The notes beneath the pieces were generated by a model. That model was not told where the DNA came from. It did not search any database and saw only the letters and a list, made by a program, of their open reading frames with translations. A stretch of DNA of 64,000 nt. Origin: a candidate division WWE3 bacterium (GTDB lineage: Bacteria; Patescibacteriota; 4484-211; GCA-002791395). The translations under genes were made by a program, and so were the position numbers. This document shows positions 20,601 to 29,219 of this stretch, piece by piece. The DNA lies in the NCBI GenBank assembly GCA_013335095.1, contig JAAXWF010000002.1, forward strand, positions 261-64,260, read 5' to 3'. Every line of letters begins with the position of its first letter. Positions within the stretch are counted from its first letter, which is position 1.

Positions 20601-20906
20601 GGTCAGTTTGTGAGTTTGCCCCTGAATGAATTGACTGATCAGGTTGCGGGCCGAGAATTAATCCTGGGCGGATTCGTAACGGCAAAAAGCGTTGTAACAA
20701 CGAAAAAGGATCAGCGAGAAATGGCGTTTCTGTCGGTAACTGATTCTACCGGAAATATTGAAATCATCGTATTTCCTGATGTATACCAAAATGGAGCTCG
20801 CCAAATCGAAGAAGACACCATTCTTCTGGCTAAAGGAAAGTTGGATGTTCAGGATGATGGTAGTTTTAAGATGATCGCAAAACAATTATTTGTCCCCAAC
20901 CTCTAG
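17661..20906 (+). CDS. dnaE: DNA polymerase III alpha subunit
   Basis: The PHP domain starts MSFVHLHNHSEYSLLDG (compare the E. coli [20 protein letters not shown]). A polymerase core and OB fold follow. The ORF track starts at a TTG at 17649; the ATG at 17661 is preferred. Confidence 0.95.
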   Translation: MSFVHLHNHSEYSLLDGLSNVKDLVARAVELGQPAIALTDHGAMHGIIKFYVAAKKAGIKPILGMEGYLAPRTLHDKEGAIDTSPAHILLLAQNLQGYRNLMQLCTIANVEGFYYKPRIDKQVLRKYAEGIITSSGCIDGEIPRALLQGNYTRAQELVREYLDIFGPENFFFELQRHQTENPGRLFEMLEKVNLGIVKLAHEFKLPLVATNDVHYVRRDDAEAQDALLAVQTKEMLGDPNRKLSMADSPDFYLKSTDEMQMLFKEHPEALENTLMITDRITDDYELPMGKMIFPYFEVPEGMTPDSYLRKLAYDNLPNKYPNPDEVVIERIEKELKIISDKGYSSYILIMGDLADFCKGADILTNARGSAAGSVVQYLLDIVHVDPLKYKLPFERFLNPRRPTPPDVDLDIADIGRDKVIQYTAQKYGQDKVAQVCTFGTMEARAAVRDVGRVMGMPYTFCDKIAKLIPPPKQGHHTKLEDDMKLVPELQELYSSNPEVKKLLDLVMKLQGVTRHASTHAAAVIIADKPLTDYVPLMQDRKGGRLMTQYDMYSLDLNAVDDAVGLLKMDYLGLRNLSILSEAIKLVEKYHGIKIDPYTIPLDEEIVYKMLGEGDTTGVFQMESSGMRQVARDMKPNRVEDLIALVALYRPGPMDMIPTYIEGKKNPATIEYPHPALQQVLADTYGVLVYQEQCMEIAVVMAGYDLGQGDLLRRAIGKKKKELMEQEKIKFVEAAQQQGYPPHESEEVFGYIEKFASYGFNRAHAASYGLLAYQTAYMKAIYPVEYFTALMSCESHNTEKIALIVAECKRKGIPILPPDINKSSTEFTIEELPEGTRGIRYALNAIKNVGDGAVEEIVKERDHNGPFSDLWDLCRRVDSHAMNRKTLESFIYAGALNKFGPRSGILKVMPEYLEAANEHQRMIRIGQNNLFGLDPNVSSAPPVSRIPNFEEINEQQILQWEKEILGFYLTKHPHEEKLTKIGQFVSLPLNELTDQVAGRELILGGFVTAKSVVTTKKDQREMAFLSVTDSTGNIEIIVFPDVYQNGARQIEEDTILLAKGKLDVQDDGSFKMIAKQLFVPNL

Positions 20907-21010
20907 CAGTCGACGATGTCGATTGCTATTTTATATCTCTATAAGGCTAAATAGTGCGCATAGCACATCTTTTAATGGCTCTATGAAGCCAACAGTATAC
21001 CGACTTTATT

Positions 21011-21039
21011 TTGCAATACATTGACAGTTGCACTAGAAT
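21011..21039 (+). promoter_or_regulatory. Promoter-like TTGCAA-17-TAGAAT placing the predicted TSS at the clpC ATG (leaderless candidate)
   Basis: -35 at 21011-21016 and -10 at 21034-21039. The ATG of clpC at 21046 is 7 nt downstream of the -10. No SD sequence is present. Confidence 0.35.
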
Positions 21040-21045
21040 AAAAAC

Positions 21046-23718
21046 ATGTTATGTGATCGCTGTGGCATAAATGAAGCCACTACTGTTATTACAAAAATAA
21101 GTCATCGAGGCAAAGAAATTTATAATTTATGTGAAACCTGTGCTGCTGAAGAAAATAGTGGCTTTTCGTTCAACTCAAACCGGTTTCCACCTTATAATTT
21201 CTTTGGCGAATCTCCTTTTTACGACATGGGCGATGCATCGTCATCTTATCAGCGTAATGAGCAAAATCGTCAACACGTAAATATCATGGATTATTTTACC
21301 GAGAGGGCAAAGGGCGTCATTCAACGAGCGACCCAAATCGCCCAGGAAATGAATCATCATGTACTCGATACCGAGCATTTATTACTAGCTTTACTCGAAG
21401 ACAAAGAGGGTTGTAGCCGCTTATTGTCATCTTTAGGGGTTAAAACAACTGAACTACAACGCTATCTTAGAACTATTATTCCAATCGGAACACAACCGAG
21501 CGATAAGATTGAACTATCACCACGAGCAAAACGTGCTTTAGAACTTGCTTTTGATGAGGCGAGGCAGCTTAAACATACCTACGTCGGAAGCGAACATGTG
21601 TTATTAGGTTTAATTAGAGAAGGCGAGGGACTCGCCGCCCAATCGCTGAAAAAATTTGCCATTGATTTAACAAAAACAAGAGCGGCTATAACCCAGGCAA
21701 ATAAACAGGGTTTCGGAAAAGATACGCAGTTTCCAGGGTCAGAAACTCCAACACTTGATGAGTACACTAAGGACCTAACCAAAGAAGCTGCAAACGGAAA
21801 CCTGGATCCAGTCGTAGGCCGAACAAATGAGATCGAACGAGTCATAAATATCCTTTCTCGTCGAAGAAAAAATAATCCGGTATTAATTGGTGAGCCGGGA
21901 GTAGGCAAAACCGCTATTGTTGAAGGATTAGCGACAAAGATTATAAATAAAGATGTACCAGAGACATTACAAAATAAAAGAGTATTATCGCTAGACTTGG
22001 CTGGTATGATTGCAGGAACCAAATATCGCGGAGAATTCGAAGATCGTCTAAAATCAATCATTCGAGAGATTCAAGAAAACAAAGATCACATTATCTTATT
22101 TATCGACGAGCTTCATACAATAGTTGGGGCTGGTGGGGCCGAAGGGGCAATTGACGCTTCTAATATGCTCAAACCACCACTCGCTCGCGGTGATCTGCGG
22201 ACAATTGGAGCCACAACCTTAAGCGAATATAAAAAATACATCGAGAAAGACGCAGCTTTAGAACGTCGATTTCAGCCTGTTATGATCCCCGAGAATACTG
22301 TCGTTCAGACTATCGAAATCTTGCGTGGGTTAAAAGACCGCTACGAAGCGCACCACCGAGTTTCGATCCAAGATGAAGCTCTCATTGCGGCAACAGAGCT
22401 GTCTGATCGGTATGTAAATGATCGATTTTTACCAGATAAAGCAATCGATCTAATTGACGAATCTTGTGCTGAAGTTCGTTTGCGTACCATTGCAGCGCCC
22501 GCAAACCTCGAAGAAATTCGTAAAAATATCCGTGAATTAGAACGTGAAGTAAGTGAAGCTAAGGCAAATAAGCTCGAAAAGAAACATACCGAGTTATCTC
22601 ATAAACTAAACGAATTACAAAAAACAGAGTCTGAGGTCGAAGAGCTGTGGTTAAAACAAAAGGCAACCGAACAGCCAGCCGTAACGGTCGAAGATGTGGC
22701 CCGGGTATTATCAAAGATGACTGGAATACCGGTTACTAAATTAACCGAAGAAGAACGTGACCGATTGATGAAATTGGAAAATCAGCTCCATCAGCGAGTC
22801 ATCGGACAAGATGAGGCAGTAAAAGTTGTAAGTGAAGCGATACGAAGAGCTCGTGCCGGGTTAAATCAACCGAATCGTCCGATAGGTAGCTTCATGTTTC
22901 TTGGCCCAACCGGTGTTGGAAAAACAGAATTAACCAGAGCACTCGCCGAAGTTTTATATGGAAGCGAAAAAAATCTCATACGACTTGATATGAGTGAGTA
23001 CCAAGAACGTCATAACGTCGCGCGACTTATCGGATCGCCTCCGGGTTATGTCGGATATGATGAAGGGGGGCAATTAACTGAGCGGGTTCGTCGGAATCCA
23101 CATTCAATAGTTTTATTTGATGAGATCGAAAAAGCTCACGACGATGTCTTTAATATCTTGCTACAAATACTGGATGAAGGCCGTTTAACCGATGGTAAGG
23201 GCCGTACTATCGACTTTAAGAATGCCATTATTATCATGACCTCCAATCTAGGTGGTAATTTAATTCAACAAGCTCAACAAGAAAAAACCCCACAAAATGA
23301 ACTAGAACGTCAAGTTGAGAGCATTTTAAAGGTAAAGTTCCGTCCTGAATTCCTCAACCGTATCGACGAATTTATTATTTTTCACTCACTATCAGAACAA
23401 CAGATTAGACAAATTGTTGATCTACAGCTTGAATCGACCACTCGATTAGTAAAAGCTCAGCAATTAAATCTTCGAGTCGATGACAGTGTCAAGGAAATGC
23501 TTACCAAGGAGGGCTATGATGCTGAATATGGGGCACGACCATTAAGACGGCTCATTCAAAAAGAAATTGAGAATGGATTATCAAATCTACTTTTGACGCA
23601 GCAGCTCGATTCAGGATCAACAATTAGCATACATCTGGACAACAATGGTATGATACAATTCAACCATGAGCGAAAAACAAATCGAACAAAGCAAACCAGC
23701 AAACGTTCAGGAGAATAA
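21046..23718 (+). CDS. clpC: ATP-dependent Clp ATPase ClpC-like, with N-terminal Cys4 zinc-ribbon
   Basis: Two Clp_N repeats, then D1 AAA+ (GEPGVGKT), a short coiled-coil middle domain, and D2 AAA+ ([16 protein letters not shown]). The N-terminus is MLCDRCG...(22 aa)...CETCAA, a C-x2-C...C-x2-C motif. Confidence 0.9.
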   Translation: MLCDRCGINEATTVITKISHRGKEIYNLCETCAAEENSGFSFNSNRFPPYNFFGESPFYDMGDASSSYQRNEQNRQHVNIMDYFTERAKGVIQRATQIAQEMNHHVLDTEHLLLALLEDKEGCSRLLSSLGVKTTELQRYLRTIIPIGTQPSDKIELSPRAKRALELAFDEARQLKHTYVGSEHVLLGLIREGEGLAAQSLKKFAIDLTKTRAAITQANKQGFGKDTQFPGSETPTLDEYTKDLTKEAANGNLDPVVGRTNEIERVINILSRRRKNNPVLIGEPGVGKTAIVEGLATKIINKDVPETLQNKRVLSLDLAGMIAGTKYRGEFEDRLKSIIREIQENKDHIILFIDELHTIVGAGGAEGAIDASNMLKPPLARGDLRTIGATTLSEYKKYIEKDAALERRFQPVMIPENTVVQTIEILRGLKDRYEAHHRVSIQDEALIAATELSDRYVNDRFLPDKAIDLIDESCAEVRLRTIAAPANLEEIRKNIRELEREVSEAKANKLEKKHTELSHKLNELQKTESEVEELWLKQKATEQPAVTVEDVARVLSKMTGIPVTKLTEEERDRLMKLENQLHQRVIGQDEAVKVVSEAIRRARAGLNQPNRPIGSFMFLGPTGVGKTELTRALAEVLYGSEKNLIRLDMSEYQERHNVARLIGSPPGYVGYDEGGQLTERVRRNPHSIVLFDEIEKAHDDVFNILLQILDEGRLTDGKGRTIDFKNAIIIMTSNLGGNLIQQAQQEKTPQNELERQVESILKVKFRPEFLNRIDEFIIFHSLSEQQIRQIVDLQLESTTRLVKAQQLNLRVDDSVKEMLTKEGYDAEYGARPLRRLIQKEIENGLSNLLLTQQLDSGSTISIHLDNNGMIQFNHERKTNRTKQTSKRSGE

Positions 23719-23725
23719 TCCGACT

Positions 23726-24040
23726 ATGAATAATGAAAGATTCCAATTTAATACTGGTGATACAGTTATTGTAAGTACCCGAATTACAGAAGATAATCGT
23801 ACCCGTATTCAAAAATTTGAAGGTATAGTTATCTCTAAACAGGGCGCTGGTATCAGCAAAACATTCACGGTACGCCGTATTGGTGTAAATGAAATCGGTA
23901 TTGAGCGAATATTCCCGCTCCATTCACCATTAGTCGAACAAGTTGAAGTAAAGAGACATGGTAAAGTTCGACGAGCAAAATTATATTATCTCCGAGATCG
24001 CCGTGGTAAACACGCAACGTACGTTCGATCAGCTGACTAA
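23726..24040 (+). CDS. rplS: 50S ribosomal protein L19
   Basis: [13 protein letters not shown]...[64 protein letters not shown] is the L19 signature. The ATG at 23726 lies just after the clpC stop. The ORF track extends it into clpC. Confidence 0.85.
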   Translation: MNNERFQFNTGDTVIVSTRITEDNRTRIQKFEGIVISKQGAGISKTFTVRRIGVNEIGIERIFPLHSPLVEQVEVKRHGKVRRAKLYYLRDRRGKHATYVRSAD

Positions 24041-24046
24041 TCTTTA

Positions 24047-24412
24047 GTGCAAAATAACCCTACTCAACATTTAACAATTGGTAAAACGGGAGAAGATGAG
24101 GCTGCTGAGTATTTAATCAATGCAGGATTTAAAATAGTTAGTAGAAATTGGCGGTATAAGAATCACCACGAAATCGATATCATTTGTAAAAGTCCTGATG
24201 GAGATATCATTGCAGTAGAGGTTAAAACTCACGATCAACCAAACGAAACCGCACCATTTGAAATGGTCACCCCCGCAAAGATACATCGAATCAAACAATC
24301 CCTTGAAATGTTTATTAGAGAGGAATATGCAATAACCCCGGCACTTAGAGTAGATGTGATAAGCATCATTTTGCATCCGTTCAGAATTGAACATTTTGTC
24401 GGAGTTGAGTAA
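24047..24412 (+). CDS. yraN: YraN family (UPF0102) endonuclease-like protein
   Basis: GKTGEDEAAEYLINAGFKIVSRNWRYKNHHEIDIICKSPDGDIIAVEVKT matches the YraN/UPF0102 consensus. GTG start. Confidence 0.75.
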   Translation: MQNNPTQHLTIGKTGEDEAAEYLINAGFKIVSRNWRYKNHHEIDIICKSPDGDIIAVEVKTHDQPNETAPFEMVTPAKIHRIKQSLEMFIREEYAITPALRVDVISIILHPFRIEHFVGVE

Positions 24413-24422
24413 AGTATTACGT

Positions 24423-24749
24423 ATGGAAAAGATTGGAGCAACCCTAAAATTAAAAGCTCAAAAGTTTGAAGATCCCGACAAGAATGTTTCTCGTGAATTT
24501 CAAATTTATGGCGTTGAATTAGCCGAGAGACTTGGAGACTCGAAGCATAAAGCGTTGTATATTAAGTTAGCAAAGGAACTACCCCGTGATTGGCTCGAAA
24601 AAGCATACAGTTTTGCATCTGATTATCCAAATGCAAAATCAAAGGCGAAAATATTTATGTATAAGCTAAAAGATATTCGAAAAATTAATGAAACAGTCGA
24701 AGAATCTGAGACAAAACCCAAAAATCTTGCCCTTACCAGTAATGATTGA
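24423..24749 (+). CDS. Hypothetical Lys-rich protein
   Basis: ORF beginning MEKIGATLKLKAQKFED after the yraN stop. No motifs recognised. Start uncertain. Confidence 0.35.
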   Translation: MEKIGATLKLKAQKFEDPDKNVSREFQIYGVELAERLGDSKHKALYIKLAKELPRDWLEKAYSFASDYPNAKSKAKIFMYKLKDIRKINETVEESETKPKNLALTSND

Positions 24750-24788
24750 TACAATGCACAAAGCTATTTGACGGTTTGCATTTATTTT

Positions 24789-24864
24789 GGGTCTGTAGCT
24801 CAGTCGGTAGAGCATCGGCCTTTTAAGCCGGGTGTCGTGGGTTCGAATCCCACCGGACCCACCA
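24789..24864 (+). tRNA. tRNA-Lys (anticodon UUU)
   Basis: GGGTCTGTAGCTCAGTCGGTAGAGCATCGGCCTTTTAAGCCGGGTGTCGTGGGTTCGAATCCCACCGGACCCACCA. Anticodon loop CUUUUAA. CCA encoded. Confidence 0.9.
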
Positions 24865-24938
24865 AAATATTAGTCAGATATGGATATAATGGGTTATCAC
24901 TGTCGTATACATAATTACGGAAAAGGAGGTGATAAGAC

Positions 24939-25646
24939 ATGCAAAATACCAATTTTAACTCTTGGACAGACGCAGTTCTCGCTACACTTTCAAGCAATAT
25001 TAATGCTCTCATTTCGTATTTACCCAACTTATTTGGTGCAGTAATAATATTTACGGTTGGTTGGATCGTAGCTGGATTAGTAAAAAGACTCTTTCTAAAA
25101 GCCCTTGATATATTACAACTAGAACCTTTTGCCGAAAAAGTCGGAATTTCTAATGTAATGAAAAGAGCGGGTGCGAGTATCTCCCCAGCAGAATTACTCA
25201 GCGAAATCGTTAAGTGGGGGATCGTTATAGCATTCTTGAATCCGACCGTCGAAATTCTCGGCCTATCACAAGCTACAGAACTGATTAATGAAGTACTTCG
25301 ATACATACCAAATGTAATCGTTGCGGCATTAATTTTGATGTTTGGAGTAATATTTGCTGATTTAACAGGTCATTTCGTGAGAGGAGCTGCATCAGCATTA
25401 AATACCGGGGCAGCAAACACCATCGAAACAATTACACGATATTCGATAATTGTTTTCGTATTCCTAGCTGCATTATCACAACTCGGAATAGCTGAGGATC
25501 TTGTTCAAACATTGTTCACTGGATTTGTTGCAATGATAGCAATTGCTGGTGGATTATCTTTTGGCCTTGGTGGAAAAGATCTGGCTGCAGATCTATTAAA
25601 TTCACTTCGCCACAGTCTCCATAACGAGGAGAAACGAAAGGAATAA
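24939..25646 (+). CDS. Membrane protein with repeated TM-helix modules (mechanosensitive-channel-associated 'conserved TM helix'-like)
   Basis: 235 aa with about 5 TM helices and two internally similar helix-loop modules. An AGGAGG RBS is present. Confidence 0.45.
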   Translation: MQNTNFNSWTDAVLATLSSNINALISYLPNLFGAVIIFTVGWIVAGLVKRLFLKALDILQLEPFAEKVGISNVMKRAGASISPAELLSEIVKWGIVIAFLNPTVEILGLSQATELINEVLRYIPNVIVAALILMFGVIFADLTGHFVRGAASALNTGAANTIETITRYSIIVFVFLAALSQLGIAEDLVQTLFTGFVAMIAIAGGLSFGLGGKDLAADLLNSLRHSLHNEEKRKE

Positions 25647-25667
25647 CGCACATTACAATCAACGTTC

Positions 25668-26228
25668 CTATGCAGGACTAATTTCAGAAAGAAGGACACC
25701 TTCGACAATTAAGCCGATGGGATAGAAGAAAATGTTTAATTCACCTGTGGTGAGTTCTTCGATATCTTTTCGATTATTGATAGTAACTTCATCACGGGTG
25801 AATCGTGCGACGACCTGGCGCATACGACTGCGACTTACTGGTCGAACAATTTTACTCACGAAATTATCACCAATAGTTTCCCATAATGTAGGTAATTTGT
25901 CTTTATTAATACGAATGAGTATAGTTCCTTGAATCTTAACGAGTTTATTGTCTTTCGTGACTGCTTTAATCGGTTCATCTCCGAATATCTCGGCATTATT
26001 TAGATCCACATTTTCATGAATCCCATACTCTAATGTCTGAGCATTAAATAATTTAGCAACCTGCCAAAAAGGTATCTTTAGATGTAATCCTGGTTCCCAA
26101 ACCCGCTTTAAAACGCCGCGTCCACGATCATACACACACGCGACGTGTCCCGGCGGTACAGAGATAAAGAAGCCACCTACGACTTCGTCGACTAAAATTG
26201 ATACTACAAGTCTATCGAGCATATGCAA
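25668..26228 (-). CDS. SPFH/Band-7 domain protein (short)
   Basis: N-terminal TM helix, then a core typical of stomatin/prohibitin SPFH domains, including ...VVARFTRDEVTINNRKDIEE.... Only 186 aa, so it lacks the long C-terminal coiled coil. Confidence 0.5.
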   Translation of the reverse strand: MHMLDRLVVSILVDEVVGGFFISVPPGHVACVYDRGRGVLKRVWEPGLHLKIPFWQVAKLFNAQTLEYGIHENVDLNNAEIFGDEPIKAVTKDNKLVKIQGTILIRINKDKLPTLWETIGDNFVSKIVRPVSRSRMRQVVARFTRDEVTINNRKDIEELTTGELNIFFYPIGLIVEGVLLSEISPA

Positions 26229-26327
26229 GTATGAGTATACGGCTAACTGATAAATTACGCAAACGGTTACCTATAGTTATAATCCCATAACGTTGACTTT
26301 AACTCATAAGTACGATATACTCCCGAT

Positions 26328-26975
26328 ATGCAGAAAAGGCTACTCTTGATAACTATAATATTCACAGCAGCCGCTACCGGCACTCAATTCACCCCCAACG
26401 CATATGCTGAAGCACAAAAATGCTATGGTCAATACGGCCAGGAGATTACATGTCCATTAGTTAATAAATCATTTTCAGTCCAAAAAAGAGTACGCATAAG
26501 TGGAGCAACTGATTGGAGTGAAACCGTTAACGTGAAAAGCGGTACAACCGTAGAATTTCAAATTACTGTAAAAAATACCGGTGAAGCGAAAGTCAGCAAT
26601 GTTAATGTAATTGACGTATTACCTGATAATTTAAAAGAAGCCACTGGTGCAACCCAATGGGTAATCAATGATTTTGAATCCGGACAAGAGGAAACTCGAA
26701 CATTTTCGGTAAAAGCGAACGATACTAATATTACCGATAATCAAGAAAAATGTGTCGCTAACGTCGTTAATGTTCAATATAACGGTAATCAAGAAGCCTC
26801 AGATACAGCAGTTGTCTGTATTAGTAGAAATTCACATGTCTTACCAAATCAGCTTCCTGAAACAGCTGATTCATCAACCAATTCACTAAGAATGGTATTC
26901 GGAGTTATTTTGGCGGCATTTGCCCTACTGAGCTTCGGTAAAGCTATAGAACTTAGTACTAAAAGAGCAGACTAA
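26328..26975 (+). CDS. Secreted surface protein with DUF11/CARDB-like repeat domain and LPETA sortase sorting signal
   Basis: Signal peptide MQKRLLLITIIFTAAATGTQFTPNAYA. The beta-rich domain VEFQITVKNTGEAKVSNVNVIDVLPDNL resembles the 'conserved repeat domain'. The C-terminus is LPETA, a 9-aa spacer, the hydrophobic stretch VFGVILAAFALLSFG, and the charged tail KAIELSTKRAD. Confidence 0.6.
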   Translation: MQKRLLLITIIFTAAATGTQFTPNAYAEAQKCYGQYGQEITCPLVNKSFSVQKRVRISGATDWSETVNVKSGTTVEFQITVKNTGEAKVSNVNVIDVLPDNLKEATGATQWVINDFESGQEETRTFSVKANDTNITDNQEKCVANVVNVQYNGNQEASDTAVVCISRNSHVLPNQLPETADSSTNSLRMVFGVILAAFALLSFGKAIELSTKRAD

Positions 26976-27474
26976 ACTGACGAATAGCTTCATAAACAAC
27001 GATAGCCGCACTAATTGCGACATTTAAACTTTCCTTTTTACCATACATTGGTATTTCAATTACTTCATCGCACTGTAATAAAATCTCATCGCTAATGCCG
27101 TCGATTTCATGCCCCACAACTAGTGCAATTGGCCCAGTAAATTGATATTCGTAAAGGTTTTTTCCTGATTTACTCGTTTCAAGGCCAATTAAGGGTATAC
27201 GCTGTGTTCGGAAATATTTAATCAGATCCACAATGTCAGGGTAATAGTCCCAAGAGACACTTTTCTCTGCACCCAATGCGGTCTTATGAATACCCTTTGC
27301 TGCATTTCGAATATCCCAGGGCTTACGAGTATCATTTTGTTTTTCAGGATAGGGGGTAATACCAGATACATAGACCTTTTCAATCCCCGCACAATCAGCC
27401 AGACGAAACATAGACCCGACATTATGAAGACTACGTATATTATGAAGAACCAAATGAATAGGGTATACGCTCAT
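26959..27474 (-). CDS. SpoU/TrmH-family RNA 2'-O-methyltransferase
   Basis: 171 aa containing HNIRSLHNVGSMFRLADCAGIEKVYV...LVVGHEIDGISDEIL...ESLNVAISAAIVVYE, which are SPOUT motifs 1-3. Confidence 0.75.
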   Translation of the reverse strand: MSVYPIHLVLHNIRSLHNVGSMFRLADCAGIEKVYVSGITPYPEKQNDTRKPWDIRNAAKGIHKTALGAEKSVSWDYYPDIVDLIKYFRTQRIPLIGLETSKSGKNLYEYQFTGPIALVVGHEIDGISDEILLQCDEVIEIPMYGKKESLNVAISAAIVVYEAIRQFSLLF

Positions 27475-27540
27475 AATTTAGCTAAAGATAGGGCAGTTTA
27501 CATTCTGTTAATCGCATCTTATAATACGATTTGTCCTTAC

Positions 27541-27615
27541 GGCGGGTTCGTCTATCGGCTAGGACTCAGGATTTTCATTCCTGCAAGACGGGTTCAACTC
27601 CCGTACCCGCTGCCA
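27541..27615 (+). tRNA. tRNA-Glu (anticodon UUC)
   Basis: GGCGGGTTCGTCTATCGGCTAGGACTCAGGATTTTCATTCCTGCAAGACGGGTTCAACTCCCGTACCCGCTGCCA. The Glu-type D-arm GTCTAtcGGctAGGAC is present. Anticodon loop UUUUCAU. CCA encoded. Confidence 0.8.
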
Positions 27616-27656
27616 TATCAACGCTTCAATTACTGTAATACAATTATTATCAGAAT

Positions 27657-28793
27657 ATGTCAAATGAAACTCCTAAAGTAGCTATCGTTCATGATGTTCT
27701 ACATCGTTATGGTGGTGCTGAACGTGTGGTCGAACAAATCGCAAAGATTTGGCCCGATGCTGATATTTATACCAGCCGCTATATTTCACATCCAGAAACA
27801 AGTGAGATTGCTTCAAAAAAAATACACACAACGTTTATGCAACAATTACCGTGGTTTAATATGCTCGCTAAACTGTATACTCCCTTTTTCCCATTTGCGT
27901 TTGAATCACTGGATTTGCGTGCATACGACATAATAATAACGTCTACGGCACATTTCGCTAAAGGCGTATTAACGAATCCCGACCAATTACATATATGCTA
28001 CTGCCATACGCCACCTCGTTTCCTATATCAATATTCTTCGGAGAGTAAATCACGAAAAAGCGGTATACTTTCTCCAATTGTAACGGCACTGGATCATCGA
28101 CTTCGGATGTATGATTACGCGATTGCTCAAAGACCAGATATCGTTGTAACCAATTCACACACCACCGCTCAACGAATTAAAACATTTTACCAACGAGACC
28201 CCGAAGTTATCTACCCACCAATACCCATAGAACAATTAATTCCACAATCACCGATACCAAAAGATGACTATTATTTAGTCGTTTCACGTTTAGTTGCATA
28301 TAAAAATATTGATCTAATTATTAGATCATTTCGTTATCGCAAAGAGCGGTTGATAATTGTCGGTGATGGACCACAGCGCGAATATTTGCAAGGCATGGCA
28401 AGCAAAAACGTGGAATTTGTAGGATTTGTCGATAGAAGTAAACAAATTGATTATTATCAAAAAGCCAAAGCATTAATCTTAGCTACAGAGGATGAAGATT
28501 TTGGTATCACACCGGTTGAATCGATAGCAGCAGGAACCCCAGTAATCGCCTATCGTAGCGGTGGAATCACTGAAACCGTAAAAGACAAAGAAACTGGCAT
28601 TCTTTATGATTCATTGACCACGGAAGCGATTAATACAGCAATCGATGAATTCCAGTCAAGAAGCGTCATCCAAGATCCAACGACAATATCTATGAGCGTT
28701 AGTCAATATTCAGAGGCGACGTTTAGAGAAAAATTAAGAAATTTAGTTGTAGAGAATTGGGAGAAGTCTACCAACACTATCAACAACCGTTAG
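27657..28793 (+). CDS. Glycosyltransferase family 4
   Basis: The C-terminal motif EDFGITPVESIAAGTPVIAYRSGGITETV is the GT4 EX7E region. Confidence 0.8.
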   Translation: MSNETPKVAIVHDVLHRYGGAERVVEQIAKIWPDADIYTSRYISHPETSEIASKKIHTTFMQQLPWFNMLAKLYTPFFPFAFESLDLRAYDIIITSTAHFAKGVLTNPDQLHICYCHTPPRFLYQYSSESKSRKSGILSPIVTALDHRLRMYDYAIAQRPDIVVTNSHTTAQRIKTFYQRDPEVIYPPIPIEQLIPQSPIPKDDYYLVVSRLVAYKNIDLIIRSFRYRKERLIIVGDGPQREYLQGMASKNVEFVGFVDRSKQIDYYQKAKALILATEDEDFGITPVESIAAGTPVIAYRSGGITETVKDKETGILYDSLTTEAINTAIDEFQSRSVIQDPTTISMSVSQYSEATFREKLRNLVVENWEKSTNTINNR

Positions 28794-29006
28794 ATAAATG
28801 CAACTTGAAATAAGGTTAACACAGACAACGCTGTTAATGCACCCAATAAAATGTAATACAGATTGATGCTTGAGATTGCGGACTTTTTTCTCATCGGCCG
28901 TATTATAACTTCTAGAACTAAGACTTGTCAAAATTATAGGGTAATAACTAACAACAAGGATACACGTTTTTTGCTTTAGTAAAAGGAAAATATCTATCCT
29001 ATAAGA

Positions 29007-29035
29007 TTGACATCCTCACCTATGAATGTTATAGT
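29007..29035 (+). promoter_or_regulatory. Sigma70-type promoter (TTGACA-17-TATAGT)
   Basis: Perfect -35 hexamer at 29007-29012 and TATAGT at 29030-29035, separated by a 17-nt spacer. It sits in an AT-rich spacer about 185 nt upstream of the GC-rich ORF at 29220. Confidence 0.5.
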
Positions 29036-29219
29036 TACAATGCATTTTTTAGCACCTCTACAATTGAATTTATCTACCATTTTTGCTGTTCAAATAAAGA
29101 TCTGCCGGCGTACTGATGTCAGGTAAAAACGTGACCTCAATACGCATGCAGATCGACAGATCTAGCAGCGGACAAGTATATTGAGTAATCGGCACAAGGA
29201 ACTGTTCAAGGAGGGACGT

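Noticed and set aside
20930-20970. Possible CIRCE/HrcA or CtsR operator upstream of clpC (tagtgcgcatagcacat).
   Set aside because: It matches neither the CIRCE consensus TTAGCACTC-N9-GAGTGCTAA nor the CtsR GGTCAAA direct repeat. It is only a short TGCGCA palindrome.
24800-25306. 168-aa minus-strand ORF overlapping tRNA-Lys and the + strand membrane-protein gene.
   Set aside because: It runs antisense through a clear tRNA and a better-supported CDS. No RBS.
27286-27681. 131-aa + strand ORF spanning tRNA-Glu.
   Set aside because: It contains the tRNA-Glu gene and overlaps the SpoU methyltransferase 5' end. Spurious.
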